Source: Felis catus (taxonomy: Eukaryota). From it: 64,000 nt of DNA. Below, piece by piece: positions 37,563 through 50,100 of the stretch; within the stretch, counting starts at the first letter, position 1, and each line of letters opens with the position of its first letter. Where the stretch lies: contig NC_058368.1 in the NCBI RefSeq assembly GCF_018350175.1, positions 118,918,001 to 118,982,000 of the forward strand, given 5' to 3'. Below the pieces are notes generated by a model. It was not told the origin of the DNA, searched no databases, and saw nothing but the letters and a program-made list of their open reading frames with translations. The position numbers were made by a program, and so were the translations under genes.

Positions 37563-38324
37563 AGGTGAAGTTCAATCTATTAAATGGGAAAAAATAACCA
37601 ATCTGGTAAAATTATATTCGTATAATTTTCGACCACAGTACTCCAAACTTATTAGAGCTGTAGATCCTTGCTCATTTTGACAATATGAAATAGGTTGGTG
37701 AATGAGTGTTCTCTTTTGGGGGCAGTCTCAAGTTTAGCGTGTACCTTAAAAGTTGCCTATTTTAAGACATCTTTAAGATCTTGCAATTCAAATAAATTTC
37801 TTTTCTGAAAAAAATTCAATCAGATTAGGTAAGAGGATTTTGGGAAATCCAAATGTCATCACACTGTTATGAGAACCTGTTGTAAGGATGTTTCTTTTGT
37901 AGATATCTCCTTGCTGGAGTACATTTACATCCAGTCATTGGAGAAGATGAGATGATGGCTTTTGAGACTGGGATCCGGGTCTTCAAACCGGATTGGACAT
38001 ATAAGGTCAGGTGTGTTGCTGTAGATGCTCTACACAATAATGTGTGTAACTGTTAAGAAAGCTGTGAGCATGTCGGTACTTGTCCATCTTTTTTGATCTT
38101 TTCCCCAGTACTGGAACCTGACCAATCACTAGTACTTTTATTCTTCTTTGAAAGATGAGATAAAAGGTGTCGTTCACAAAAGCTTTCGAAGGGGGCTCCT
38201 CGCAAATGAAGGTGTTTGAAAACCAGGAACATGGGCAGAAGTGCGTTAATTTACAAACAGATGTGCTTGCAAAAAACAGGAGAAGTCAACATTCACAGGT
38301 CTGATGCCGGGAAGCAGAAAGCAC

Positions 38325-38530
38325 TGAAGTACAGTGGGAAAAGGTACAGAATCGGAAATCATGACCTAGTTTCAAATCCTGTCTCTGCTGAATTAACATC
38401 CAAGTCACTTAAGCTCTCTGGACTTGTTTTCTTATTCCAAAAAATTGGGATAATTTTATATTTGCCCTAAGTATTTCACCCGAATAGACAATCAAACAAT
38501 AATAACATTTGTAACACAATTTGTATTTAC
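38325..38530 (+). mobile_element. MIR
   Basis: caagtcacttaagctctctggacttgttttcttattccaaaaaattgggataat core. Confidence 0.7.
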
Positions 38531-39626
38531 CTAATAAAAAACGCATTTCAATGTACGTTTTTTTTTTAATGAAAAAAATAAAAATTCATGGAAGAGAAAA
38601 CTGAGATGGAATCTGGGTCTTCAGTTTATTATAATACTGAAGCAGCTCAATGGATCTTCCTAAGAGTAGTCCCTCTGATCCTTTTCTCCCAATCCCTAAA
38701 ACGATGGTTTCTGGTATCTCTTAAAAATTAAGAGCTCCAAATAAGAGCTCCAAATAGGTCTGATCATCTTGAGGATGCTACCAACTTATCAAGCTTACTC
38801 TTTTGAGTGGACTTTATGTCATCTTGGGCTGGCAGCCAGGGGTCAAAAATAAGATGGTTCCCCTTGCATAGCCACCAAACAGAGGGAGCCTACTGAACTT
38901 TTGTTTTTTAAAGACCTGAAAATGTTAAGTCTGAGGAATAACGTGCATTATCATATTTCTTCTCGAAAGCCACTGACTGTAAATATATGATTATTATTTA
39001 GCCAGCTTTACTTAAAGTGAGGGGATAAATTAATTTTGAAAATCTCTCTTCTGGGGCAGAATGGTAACTTGAATTTCTTAAGCTGTAAATTTAGGGAAGG
39101 GAGTCTTGAGACATGACACCAATATGTTGAGAACACTGGCTACAGATCTGTATATTACAACACCCTGGTCCTCCCAGGCTTTAGCAGTGACTGGCATTTA
39201 GCTGACGGTGTACCGGTCTGACTTTAGGTTATTACTGGGTCTACCCCTACTCAAACACCTACCTCATTAAAAGAGTAACTGAAAAAGAAAACCTAAAGTG
39301 TAAAGAAAGTGAAATGAGGTCTGCACAAAAGGAACTTATCAGGAACCAATATATGCTTGGAAGCTTAGTATCTGATAGTGAAAGCAAAGTGACACTAGAG
39401 GTGAACAACTTAGAATAAGCTATTAAGTGTGTGCACGGATTCTTTAGACCACAGCCAAATGAAAAGTGAAGTGCAAGGCATGGAGGGCTATTAATAAAAA
39501 TAAACAAATATAAGAAGCTAAAGTTTTCTAAGAGTCCCACTCTGATAATTAAATGAGATTCTAAATGACCAAAGGCCAGAAAGGGGAAAACTTAAGATAT
39601 CGTAGTAGTCTAAAAATATAATGTTT

Positions 39627-39835
39627 GGCGGGGGCGGGGGGGGGGGGCGCTGGGTGGCTCAGTAGATTGAGCATCTGACTCTTGATCTCGGCTCAGGTCA
39701 TGATCCCAGGATCGTGGGATCGAGTCCTGCACCCTGCATTGGGCTCTGCGCTGAGTGTGGAGCCTGCTTAAGATTCTCTCTCTCCTCTGCCCCTCTCCCC
39801 TGCTCGCTTGCTCTCTCTAAAAATAAAAGATAAAC
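39627..39835 (+). mobile_element. CanSINE with poly-G-expanded 5' end
   Basis: G runs then gcgctgggtggctcag; aatgtttgg repeated on both sides. Confidence 0.93.
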
Positions 39836-41089
39836 AAAATGTTTGGTTTTCTTCCATTATGTGGATAGCCTCAATTACTTTAGGTGGCCACCTGACGTTA
39901 TCAGACAAATTAGCCATACCTTAAACACCAGAATGAAAGAATGAAAAGGGGAGTTTGTTTGTTTTTTTAAAGAAAACCCAATTCGAATTTTGAACATTAC
40001 ATGTCATTTCAACTCTCACGTTTTTATTGTTATGAAAAGCGCCCTTGCTTCTGACTGACAACAAAGGTAGATTCTTAGTACACAGTCTAGCATTCCGCAA
40101 GCAACCATTTTGATTGCGTCTTATTTCATATCATTCTCTCTCGCTGTTCCCTAAGACGGTGAGCTCCTGGGCAGGAATCTGCCTTCCTCATTTTAGTCTT
40201 TAGCAGGCCATGAGAGTGTTCAGAAGGCTTGCTGGACAGACGTTACTCTGATAGCAGACACTGCAGCTGTGATTATCAGGAGGCAGCAAAGTATGAAGCA
40301 AGTTCTGGGGGCGTGGCCAGAAGAAACCTGAGGACGCACTCCATCTGTGTCACTTGCAAGATGGGTGTCTTTGGTCAACCTGCTTCACCTCTCTTACCTT
40401 TGCCTCTTTATCATTAAAGCAGTAGGTAGATGATACTTTTCCTCAAGCATTATCATTAAACAAGATCACAAACGGGAATGTTCTGTAAATGTTAAGAGTT
40501 CTGTGTGACTGTAACTTACTATCTCTGCTTGCTGTTGCTAAGGTAAAACACAAACCCCGTTTTTTGTGTGCTTTCCCAATAACCGGTTGCTTACCCTTAA
40601 ACTGCGGAAGTGACCCTCTCCAATGCTTTTTCCACCTCTCTTACTCAGCCTTCTTTCAGCAAGCACTTAACAGTAAATCTCAAAATTTCCTACACGAGTT
40701 CCTGATGTTCTGTCACAGCTGGTCAGCATCACACTCATCTAACATGAGTCTTTTAACTCGGGGGCAACTACCGGCATACAAAAGTTGGGGAGACTGAAAC
40801 TGACCCACAATTATCTCTAGTACAATCATTCAGAAAAAGCTTACTGTCACTCTATTCAACAAGCCAGTACAAAAACTGCTCTGACTTTCAAACCACACAT
40901 GCATAATTTAGCACACTAGTTTTATTCACTGAGGCAGAGTAGCTCCAGAAAACTAGGCACTTTTGTAACCAATGTTTATTCCAAGTCCTACTCTCAATCT
41001 CTACATTAAAACAAAACAAAAAAACCCTACTTTGATTTTTAAATATATATATATTTTTTAAATCGACTTAAAACAGTACTGTGAAAAAC

Positions 41090-41850
41090 CGAAATGTAAT
41101 TACTTGACACCCACCACATGGGCACAAAAGGAAGAGCAGCACACTACCACACTCTGGTGAGGATGTGGGGCAAAAGGAACACTTCTAACACTGCTTGGTA
41201 ACAATTTCACATTCTCTGGAAATTGTAGGTACTTGCATATGCCTTATGACCTGGTTATTCCACTTCTAGATTTAATTCCCTAAGAAAACGCTCTTACAGT
41301 ATACACCAAGAGACATTTTCAGAGCAGCGCTGTTCAAAATAGCAAAACAACAACAACAAAACAAAACCTGGAAACAACCCAAATGTCCATTAAGAGAAGA
41401 CCAAATAAATGTGTGTACTACTATATTCATTCAGAGGCATAACACAGATCTGTATTAATAAACTTCAGCCTACATGCATCAATCTTACAATGCTGAGTAA
41501 AGAAAGAGAAAGAAACAGGCACTCAACATGAACAATTATGTGAAGTTACAAAACATCTGGAACTAAGCAGAGTGATATATATTCAGTGATATATTAAAAG
41601 GTAGTCAAGTCACAAAACTAGGCAAAAGAAAGATCAACACAAAAATCAGTATTGCAGCTCCCACAGGTTGGGAAGCAGGGGACGTGCTGGGAAGGGACAG
41701 ACGGTGAGCTGCGGAGGTAATGTAACAACCTCTTCCTCACGTTTGGTGGTGGGTACAAAGAAGTGCCTATTTCATTATTAGGTAAATCATGTATGCAAGT
41801 TATAGATATTTTCTACGCATATGAAATAATTCATTAAAAAACACGGTGCC
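41090..41850 (+). mobile_element. Ancient L1 (L1ME-like) 3' region
   Basis: tggtgaggatgtggggcaaaaggaacac; ctggaaacaacccaaatgtcca. Confidence 0.75.
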
Positions 41851-42536
41851 TATGGTAGAACAAGAAAATGTGTTTTCAAAATAGTTCATCAATTCACTTT
41901 CTCTTTCCTGTCTTTCGGCTTCTACAACTGTCTCATTCGGCCACTCTATTAACATATAAAACATGCTACTACCTTTATAGGATGTTCCCTATTCGGTATT
42001 TATATTGTTTACCTTCCCATACTCTAAACTGTTAATAATCAGCCTCAGCCTCATATCAGCCTGGGGACTATTTTTCAGAGCAGTAAATGAAAACCAAAAG
42101 ATGAAACACTGAGGGACTGAGGGAGAATCACAGAGAAGAATGGAGCTGAACTGGGGGCCTGAGAGTTGAATTCTCCAGTCGTGATTTATTTAGTATGTAG
42201 ATTATGCTAGCTTCTTCTCTCAAGCTCCTTGGCTCCATACCCTATCTACACAGGTGCCATCTTGCAACCTGGGATGGTTACCGTTACATGAGGAAAACCA
42301 CAAATCTCAGCAATGGGACGTGGGCACGCAGGCAGTCGCTAGACTCAACACCCCGCCTCGCCAGACTGCAGACTTACATCACGTCAGCAGCTATATTTGC
42401 ACACCCGTCTCCAAAATTCTTCACAGGCCCTCACTCTTTCAGTAAGGAAGCCTAGTCAGCCCACCTAGGCTTAAATTGAAGATTTTGGGAATTTTACCCA
42501 AAAGTACTGAAAGCCAGTCACATGGATAACAAATAA

Positions 42537-42704
42537 TTTTAAGTCTATTTATTTATTTACTTAGAGACAGAGGGAGTATGAGCAGGCTGACGCACTGCCA
42601 GTGCAGAGCCTGACATGGGGCTCAAACTCACGAGACCATGAGATCAGGACCCGAACCGAAATCAGGAGTAGGGCGCCTCGCTAACTGAACCACCCAGGTG
42701 CCCC
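42537..42704 (-). mobile_element. CanSINE (internally shortened)
   Basis: Ends gaaccacccaggtgcccc. Confidence 0.88.
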
Positions 42705-45020
42705 AGTGTAACGCCAGTCTTGATGGATTCACACTCTGGGACTTCAGGCTTTCAGGGTTTGGAAGCAGTGGTGGTGTGGGAGATTGGAGATCAAGAATGG
42801 CCAGGGGAAGAGGAAAGCAACAAGCAGGCTTAGTCAGCTCGGTGAGAAAGACAGGGAGGACGGGCTTCACGTTTATGTGAAGCAGGTGCCGTGACTGACG
42901 GACACGGGGAAAGAAGGCTCTTTCGCCTCAAGTTATCTCACTAGCATTTTTACTAAAAGAAAGGAAAATGTCTTAAATCCCACCACTAGGATTTTACTCC
43001 TTCGTTAAAGTTGTGTCATTTGGTAAAATACAAATAGCCCTCAGTATTAAATTTTCACTGATGGAGCTAAAATTCATTTGCTTCTTTTTTAATAGGTCAC
43101 TAAAACAAAGCAGGTTTGAGGGCAGCACCATATCCCTTGTTCTGGAGCGGGGGAAGGAAGGAGGCGCCCCCACCCCCCTAAAGGCCATGACTCAGTGTGG
43201 TGGATTTTGCCACGTGCCTCAGGCCAGCTATAGGGCTGTATCTAGAAGCAGCTGTGTGCCTGGGACAAGACTTGACCCACAAGGAAGGAAGGATCTGCGT
43301 AAGCAAGAACCAGTGATGATGTACTAGGATGACCCTTCTCCCACACTTGCCTGACCAGTCTGTGACCTCCTAAAGATGCTTCAGCACCTGTCACAGCTAA
43401 CTGTTTCTTAATTATTTCATGGACCTGGCACCATGTCTCCCCAGCCAGATGCCAGCTCCTCTGAGATCAGGAAGAACGTATGACTTCTCTTTCCTCGCCA
43501 GAGCACAGACTGCCACACTCCACAGGTGGAAAGTCCTCAGTAATACCTTTGTTGACCCGCCATATGAGCAGGTGATACTGGGGAGAAACACTCTTCTACT
43601 GCCATCTTTTGACGACCCCTCCTTCTGAGCACTGAACTTTACTTGTCAAATTTTTCTCCTTTCCAATTAACTATCCTGGTAAACTAAAGTTCCTTTCTCA
43701 GCACGATCTATTTTTATTGGTTTTTGCAAACATGTAGGAACATGAAATTAGCACTGCACATTCTGGGAAAATATCCCTGCATTTCAAATATGTTTGGAGA
43801 AGATGAAGTTCACCTTTTTTTTACAGTTGAAAATGGTCTTTGTAAGGAATGGAACGGGAAATGTTGATCAAAACAAAAAAACAAAAACAAAAAAATGCCG
43901 CAAAAAACGCAAACAACAACAAAGATTGAAATCCATAAAAACCAATATAATCTTTAAAAAAAACCAAAACTACTAACGGCTTCTAAGCCACAGACTTTTA
44001 CTGTCCATACTAAAATATCTTTATCAAAAAAGTGTACCCAACCTTTCTGAGAATAGAGTATAATTATCAACATGAAAGGGAACTACGGGGCTAATAGCAA
44101 CTGACTTGCTTGGGTTCACACAATTAGCTAATACCAGAGATGGTTCAGTCAGTTCTCAGTTCTTTGAGAACACTTACCTAGGACCTCTCCTGAGAGAGGC
44201 AATAAGAACTCCAGTTAACATTTCTGACTACCTGCATTCTGGAATATGAGGCTCTTTGTGTGAGTATTGTACGTGACCTTTTCCATTTCCTACTAGGAGG
44301 ATGGAGAAAATTAAGTGATTTCGAGGTGTGACAAACCCCCAATCTAGTGTTAAGGCATTTAGTATGTCTAAGAGGGGCCAGAATTCTTAAAAAAAAAAAA
44401 AAAAAGACAAAATCTAGATTTGGATTATATCTTATGTTTCAACTCTCATCCCATGAAACATAGTGAATCCTACCCAAGGAGACCCATGCCCTTTTTATTT
44501 CTTAATAAAATGGGTCTCAGCCATTCTTTTCTTACAGGAAAATACCCAGCGAGGAGTCAGTTCATTTTGAGGCCACTATTAGTCAATTTCTCCTCTTTCC
44601 TAACACACTTTTCCTTTCTTTTAATTCCAAGGAAGGGACTGAGTCTTGCACCTTGACTGGGGGGGGGGGGGGGGGGCGGGGGGGATAGGAATAAAAGCAA
44701 TTTCTTCTATTTTGCATGAATAAAAGCAATTATTTACATACTTAACAGAGGCCTAGCCCTTTCTTTTTAATAAATTACACATGAAGAATCTGAGGTTCAG
44801 GCGCAACAACCATTATGAAGTGCTTACCAGGGAGGTTAAATAACTTGTGCAGAAATAAGTGATGGAGCTGGAATGTGAACCCCAGTTAGTCTCTAAATTC
44901 CAAGCTTTTATCCTTTTGGTCATACTGACTCTACTTTTCCACCCTAGGAAAGTTTCATAAGCAATCAGAATATCAACAACTAAAAGGTTCAGAATTTCAA
45001 ACGCACCCAATTCCTATAAC

Positions 45021-45489
45021 TACGGTGACAGATGGCCAAAAAAATTAAAAAAAAATAAAATAAATAAAAAAAGACGCCCCCCAAGCCCTCCCAATAGTCA
45101 TGCCTTTGCCACTCCCTCCATCTCCTGAAAGCAGACTGGTTATGTGACCTGCTTTGACCAATGGAACCTGGTGGAAGTAAGACTTGTTCCAAGCCTACAT
45201 CTTGAGAAGCTCTGCATGCTTCTGCTGGTTCTTTTGGATTCTTGTTGTGTACTGTGAACAAGCTCTGGAGAGCCTGCTGAAAAATGACACGTGGCTGTCA
45301 GCCTTCACCTCCACGGTCAACTAGCCAGCTGCCACAGACACACTTGGCCTAGCTGACATCAGGTGAGCCTCGCCAGTTCAGGAGAACCGCCCAGCTGACC
45401 TGTAGACTCAAGAGGCATACTAAACGGTTATTATTTAAATCTCCTAAATTTGGGGGTGGTTTGTTATAAAGCAAATACTACCTGACACA
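45021..45489 (+). mobile_element. MaLR solo LTR (MLT1 group)
   Basis: gtgacctgctttgaccaatgga; gagaaccgcccagctga; 3' end ttgggggtggtttgttataaagcaaatactacctgacaca. Confidence 0.82.
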
Positions 45490-45600
45490 ACCACCAAACA
45501 AACACTTTGAACAAATGGAGAAAGTTGAACAAAAAAAATTATTTCTAAAAGATGGGTCTCAACATGGAAACTCCTGTTGATATTAAAATACGAGAGATGT

Positions 45601-45783
45601 AACTGAGAACTGAGGGTTGATGGGGGGTGGGAGAGAGGGGAGGGTGGGTGATGGGTGTTGAGGAGGGCACCTTTTGGGATGAGCACTAGTTGTTGTATGG
45701 AAATCAATTTGACAATAAATTTCATATATTGAAAAAAATTTTTTTTAAATAAAAAGTAAAAAAAATAAATAAAATGAAAAAAT
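45601..45783 (+). mobile_element. Very short 5'-truncated felid L1 3' end
   Basis: Perfect 16-bp TSD aaaatacgagagatgt (45585-45600, 45784-45799) at a TT/AAAA site; A-rich tail. Confidence 0.95.
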
Positions 45784-46511
45784 AAAATACGAGAGATGTT
45801 CAACGAATCCTTAATTACATGACTTAAATTTGCAAAATAAGGTTGAAATATGTGACTTGATCAATTCAAGAACTTGCAAGGCGCTTCAGTCACATGTAGC
45901 AACTTCAGATATGGACACGAACAATTGTGTATTTGAAAATCTACATCCAGAAAGTCCTTTTCATGGTGGGATTTAATTCAGACTAAATCATAAAAAAAAA
46001 AAAAGAAAAAACAACTAATTTTGAGGTCCTTCTGTGAAGAGGTAGAAACTGTGTATTGTAATAGGACTCTCAGAAAGCTAATGTTCTCTTTAAGAAGAAG
46101 CCAACGATAAAGAGATCAAATAGGAGCAATGAACTCGTAATACCCCCAGAGTTTGTCAAAAAATAAGATTGCTCCTCTTCAGACATTGACTGCAATTTAC
46201 CTTAATCAAGGTCCTAAGGGGTTCAAGTAGTAGAACAGGAACACTGGTGAGGATGCGGGGGCAGGCAGGAGTGGGAGAAAGCCAGACAGGAAGCACTCAG
46301 GAGGCTTCTTAACAAAACATCAATCACGTATGCATTTTCCAGTTCCTCCTCAAACTTATGGTCAAAAAAAAAAAAAAAATCTGATAATGGTTCCAGAGGT
46401 TAAAGTCTCCAATACATAAGCATAATTACTTAGCGTGAAAGATCATGATGAAGCCAGTTAAAGAACTATCACGTAATGAAAAAAAAAAAAAGCTTAAGAA
46501 TAGGGTGGTAT

Positions 46512-46726
46512 GGGAGCACTTGGGTGGCTCAGTCAGTTGAGCATCCAACTTGGCTCAAGTCGTGATCTCACAGCTCGTGAGTTCAAGCCCCATGTCAGGC
46601 TCTCTGCTGACAGCTCAGAGCCTGGAACGTGCTTTGGATTCGGTGTACCCCCCTCTCTCTCTGCCCTCTTCCACTCATACTCTGTCTTTCTCTCCTTCAA
46701 AAAATAAATAAACCTTAAAAAAAAAA
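46512..46726 (+). mobile_element. CanSINE
   Basis: TSD aagaatagggtggtat/aagaataggctggtat. Confidence 0.94.
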
Positions 46727-48150
46727 AAGAATAGGCTGGTATGGCACAATGGACAGAGTTCTTGACCATCAACTTTGACAACAAGGACTTATCTCAACCT
46801 GTCACCAAAAGTAACAGTAACGTTTCATGCAGGCTTTGTAACTGCCAGACACCTGCTAAAGCAGTTTATACACGTTATTTCACTGTGTTCATTTCAAAGG
46901 TAAGGGAAACAAGGATTTATAGGATTATGAACTTGCTCAAGGTCACAGAACTGTTAAACAGATTCATACCCAAACACACTGACTGCCATTCCTAATTATG
47001 ACCCACAGCCAAGTCAGAGAAGAGAAAAGCCTCCAGAAGCCCCACACCCCTGCACTTCCCCATCCGCACATGCACACCTGTCATCTGCCCGCAGGGCCCC
47101 TCAGGGCGCACCCCCGTAGCCTCTCACCCAGGCACTGCATGCAAATACCACGCTAGCTGCCCCTTCCTGACCTGGGCACCCCTGGCCCTCCCCCTTCTCT
47201 CACCTCCTCTGCCCGGTTCGGAGCACCACCCCCCGGGAGAGGGGGTGGGGAGAGTGAGCTTAGCCAGGAGCAGGGGGGAGGGGTGGTCCCAGAATTCCCT
47301 TTCTCCCTTCCCGAATAAAGATGAGGGTGCTCAAGCTGTCTTGGTTTTAATTTTTTTTTCCTTTTTCCAGTATACTAGCTTGTCTTTTAAGAACTGTACC
47401 AGGCCTTAGTTTCCACAGGTGAAAAATAAGGATGGGATATCAAGACTGGCTCCAGTTAGAATTCTAGAATTCTGTGACAGGGACAGGAATACACTCCTTA
47501 GTGGTTTGTGTGTTGGATAGCAAGTAGGATTGCCACCTTTTCCTAAGAAGGAATATGCTAACATTAACCACTCTATCCCCCTTTGCTTCTATACACAGGT
47601 ACAGAAGCGGTTTGGGAAACAAGTCTGCTATGCACAAGCAGTTACCCTGGTCCATTCGCCACCTTGCAACAAAGGTCTGGCTGCCCCTGGGCTTTCTGTC
47701 AAGTGCCCGGCTGAGCAGGCATTGAACAAATGGATAAATACTCCATAGCCTCTGTTGGAAAGAAGCTGAAATCCCTTACCACTGTTTTAATGTAACCTAC
47801 AAATCTTTAAATGTAACATCCACAGACCAGAAGGTCTGCAAGGACAGAGACAACACAGCCTTACGCACTGCTCCATCCTGTGCAACTTGAATTGAGCCTC
47901 ACATCTTGTAACAGCTCAACACAAGGGCTGTTCTTATTGCTGCTACAGGATTCTTACAGTTCCAATTTGCCCTTAAATGGCTAAAATATATGATTAAAGG
48001 CAAGGCCATGCTATTTGCTTCCTCTTCTGTAGGAGTTCTTTGTTCAAAGAGCCAACCTAAATTGAGTATCTTAAGTGCCAGTGGTGTGGTGAAAACAGTC
48101 CTTGTCCTTATGAACAGATCTAGTAAAAGAGTTCAAGAAAAAATATACAA

Positions 48151-48360
48151 GGAGAGGTGCCTAGGTGGCTCAGTCAGTTAAGCAGCCAACAACTCTTGAT
48201 ATCAGCTCAGGTCATGATCTCATGGTTTGTGACATAAAGCCCAGCATGGGGCTCTGTGCTGACAGCACACAGCCTGCCTGAGATTCTCTCTCTCCCCCCC
48301 TCTGCCCCTCCCCCAACTCATGCACATGTGTGCTCTCTCTCTCAAGTAAAGATTTTTTTT
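48151..48360 (+). mobile_element. CanSINE
   Basis: TSD aaaaaatatacaa. Confidence 0.92.
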
Positions 48361-48750
48361 AAAAAAATATACAAAAAACCAGTATTAACAAATATTTATT
48401 GTGTATCTACTATGTGCTAATCACAGAGTTAGGTATAAAGAACTGTATGGTGAGCAGTATGTAGCACACAGCACATAAAAGTGTAGAAAGTGGGGGTTAA
48501 ACTGGTCTAGAAGGCTACACAGTGTTAAAAGCAGAGACAAGGACTCAACTTCAGACCACAACAATCCTCAGTTCCATCATACAGCACACTGGTATGCTGT
48601 GATCAATTTTAGGATTTGTGGCAAAAATGTTAGTAATAATCACTTGTATTTTCATTGTAAAAAAAAATATATATATATATAAATGCTACCAGTTTAGACT
48701 GTGCTTTGCGGTAATCCCTGTGAAAAGCAATTTAGAGATAAATATATACA

Positions 48751-48983
48751 GGGGGCGCCTGGGTGGCTCAGTCGGTTCAGCATCCGACTTCGGCTCAGGT
48801 CATGATCTCATGGTCCGTGAGTTCGAGCCCCACGTCAGGCTCTGTGCTGACAGCTCAGAGCCTGGAGCCTGCTTTGGATTCTTTGTCTCCCTCTCTCTGA
48901 CCCTCCCCATTCATGCTCTGTCTCCCCGTGGCTCAAAAATAAATAAATGTTAAAAAAAAATTTTTAAAAAAAAGAAAGAAAGA
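48751..48983 (+). mobile_element. CanSINE, nested in an old L1 3' fragment (about 48690-49260)
   Basis: gggggcgcctgggtggctcagtcgg head; TSD aaatatataca. Confidence 0.95.
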
Positions 48984-49479
48984 AATATATACACCACTGA
49001 CTCTGCAACCAGACCTTGGTAGGAATCCATGCTTCGAAACAAAGTTGCTACACGTTAAGTATTCACAGAAAAGGGTGTTTATTGGAGTCCTGTTTGTAGT
49101 GGCAAAAAATCTTTAAACAACCTGCATGGAATACTGTACAACGATTAAATAGAACAGGATCCATATCTGATCTGGAAGGAAGTTCAGGGTGTACTGCTGG
49201 GTGAGCAAGTAACCTGCAGACAAACTGGTGTGTGAGGATTCTGTACTTATTTACCAGCAAACAACCCAGAATACCTTGCATGTGTGTGTTTACGCTTCTA
49301 AGATTACACAGACACGTGCCAGATAAGGGGACACAGGCAGGATGGGAGGAAGAAAGATGAAAAAAGAGGTGATAGAAGAAGTTTATTTATCCATCAGTGT
49401 TTTCTTGGTATAATTTTACTCAAGTTAATGAACGCGTTTTCACAAATTTTGGAAGGGCTTTTGGAGAAACAATAATGAC

Positions 49480-49677
49480 TTTTTAAAGTTTAGTTTGAAA
49501 GAAAGCAAGAGCAGGTGAGCGAGCGGGAGAGGGGCACAGAGAAGGAGAGACAGACTCCCAAGCAGGCTCTGTGCTGATGGCGCAGAGCCCGATGGGGGGG
49601 CCCAAACTTAAACTGTGAGACCATGACCTGAACGGAGATCAAGAGTCAGAAGCTTAACTGTACCACCAAGGCACCCC
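49480..49677 (-). mobile_element. CanSINE
   Basis: gcaggctctgtgctga...gagatcaagagtcagaagcttaac. Confidence 0.88.
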
Positions 49678-50100
49678 ACAAATGATAATAAATAAAAACT
49701 ATTTAAAAAGAAGCAGTCCACAGACTCTCCCTGTGAATTCACTTACGCTCAGATGTGCTTTCCTGGAGAAGACAGAACAACAGAGTTGTATGAAGCTGTG
49801 CATAACCCAAATCCTCCAAGGGTTCTGGAGTATTCTTGTGGCTCCTTGCCATGCACCACAATTGGCATAAGGGTTGCAGTGGAAAGAACATGGAGAACCG
49901 CTAGGCCATGAGCAACAGAACCACAGACATTTTTGGCTTAGGGGAGTAATACTGCAAGCAGTGTTGTAGGAATAATCTGGCAGTACTGATGCAGAACGAT
50001 TGAGAAGGGAGAAGAAAGAACAAGAAAGCAACTAAGAGACTATTGAGGTGCTAACAGTTCAAACTAAGGGATGGCCAGATTTGTGTTCTGTTGTGTTGGC

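Noticed and set aside
37890..38012. Plus-strand exon-like pattern (tttcttttgtAG...AAG|GTCAGG)
   Set aside because: Weak donor, no partner exons and no recognisable protein.
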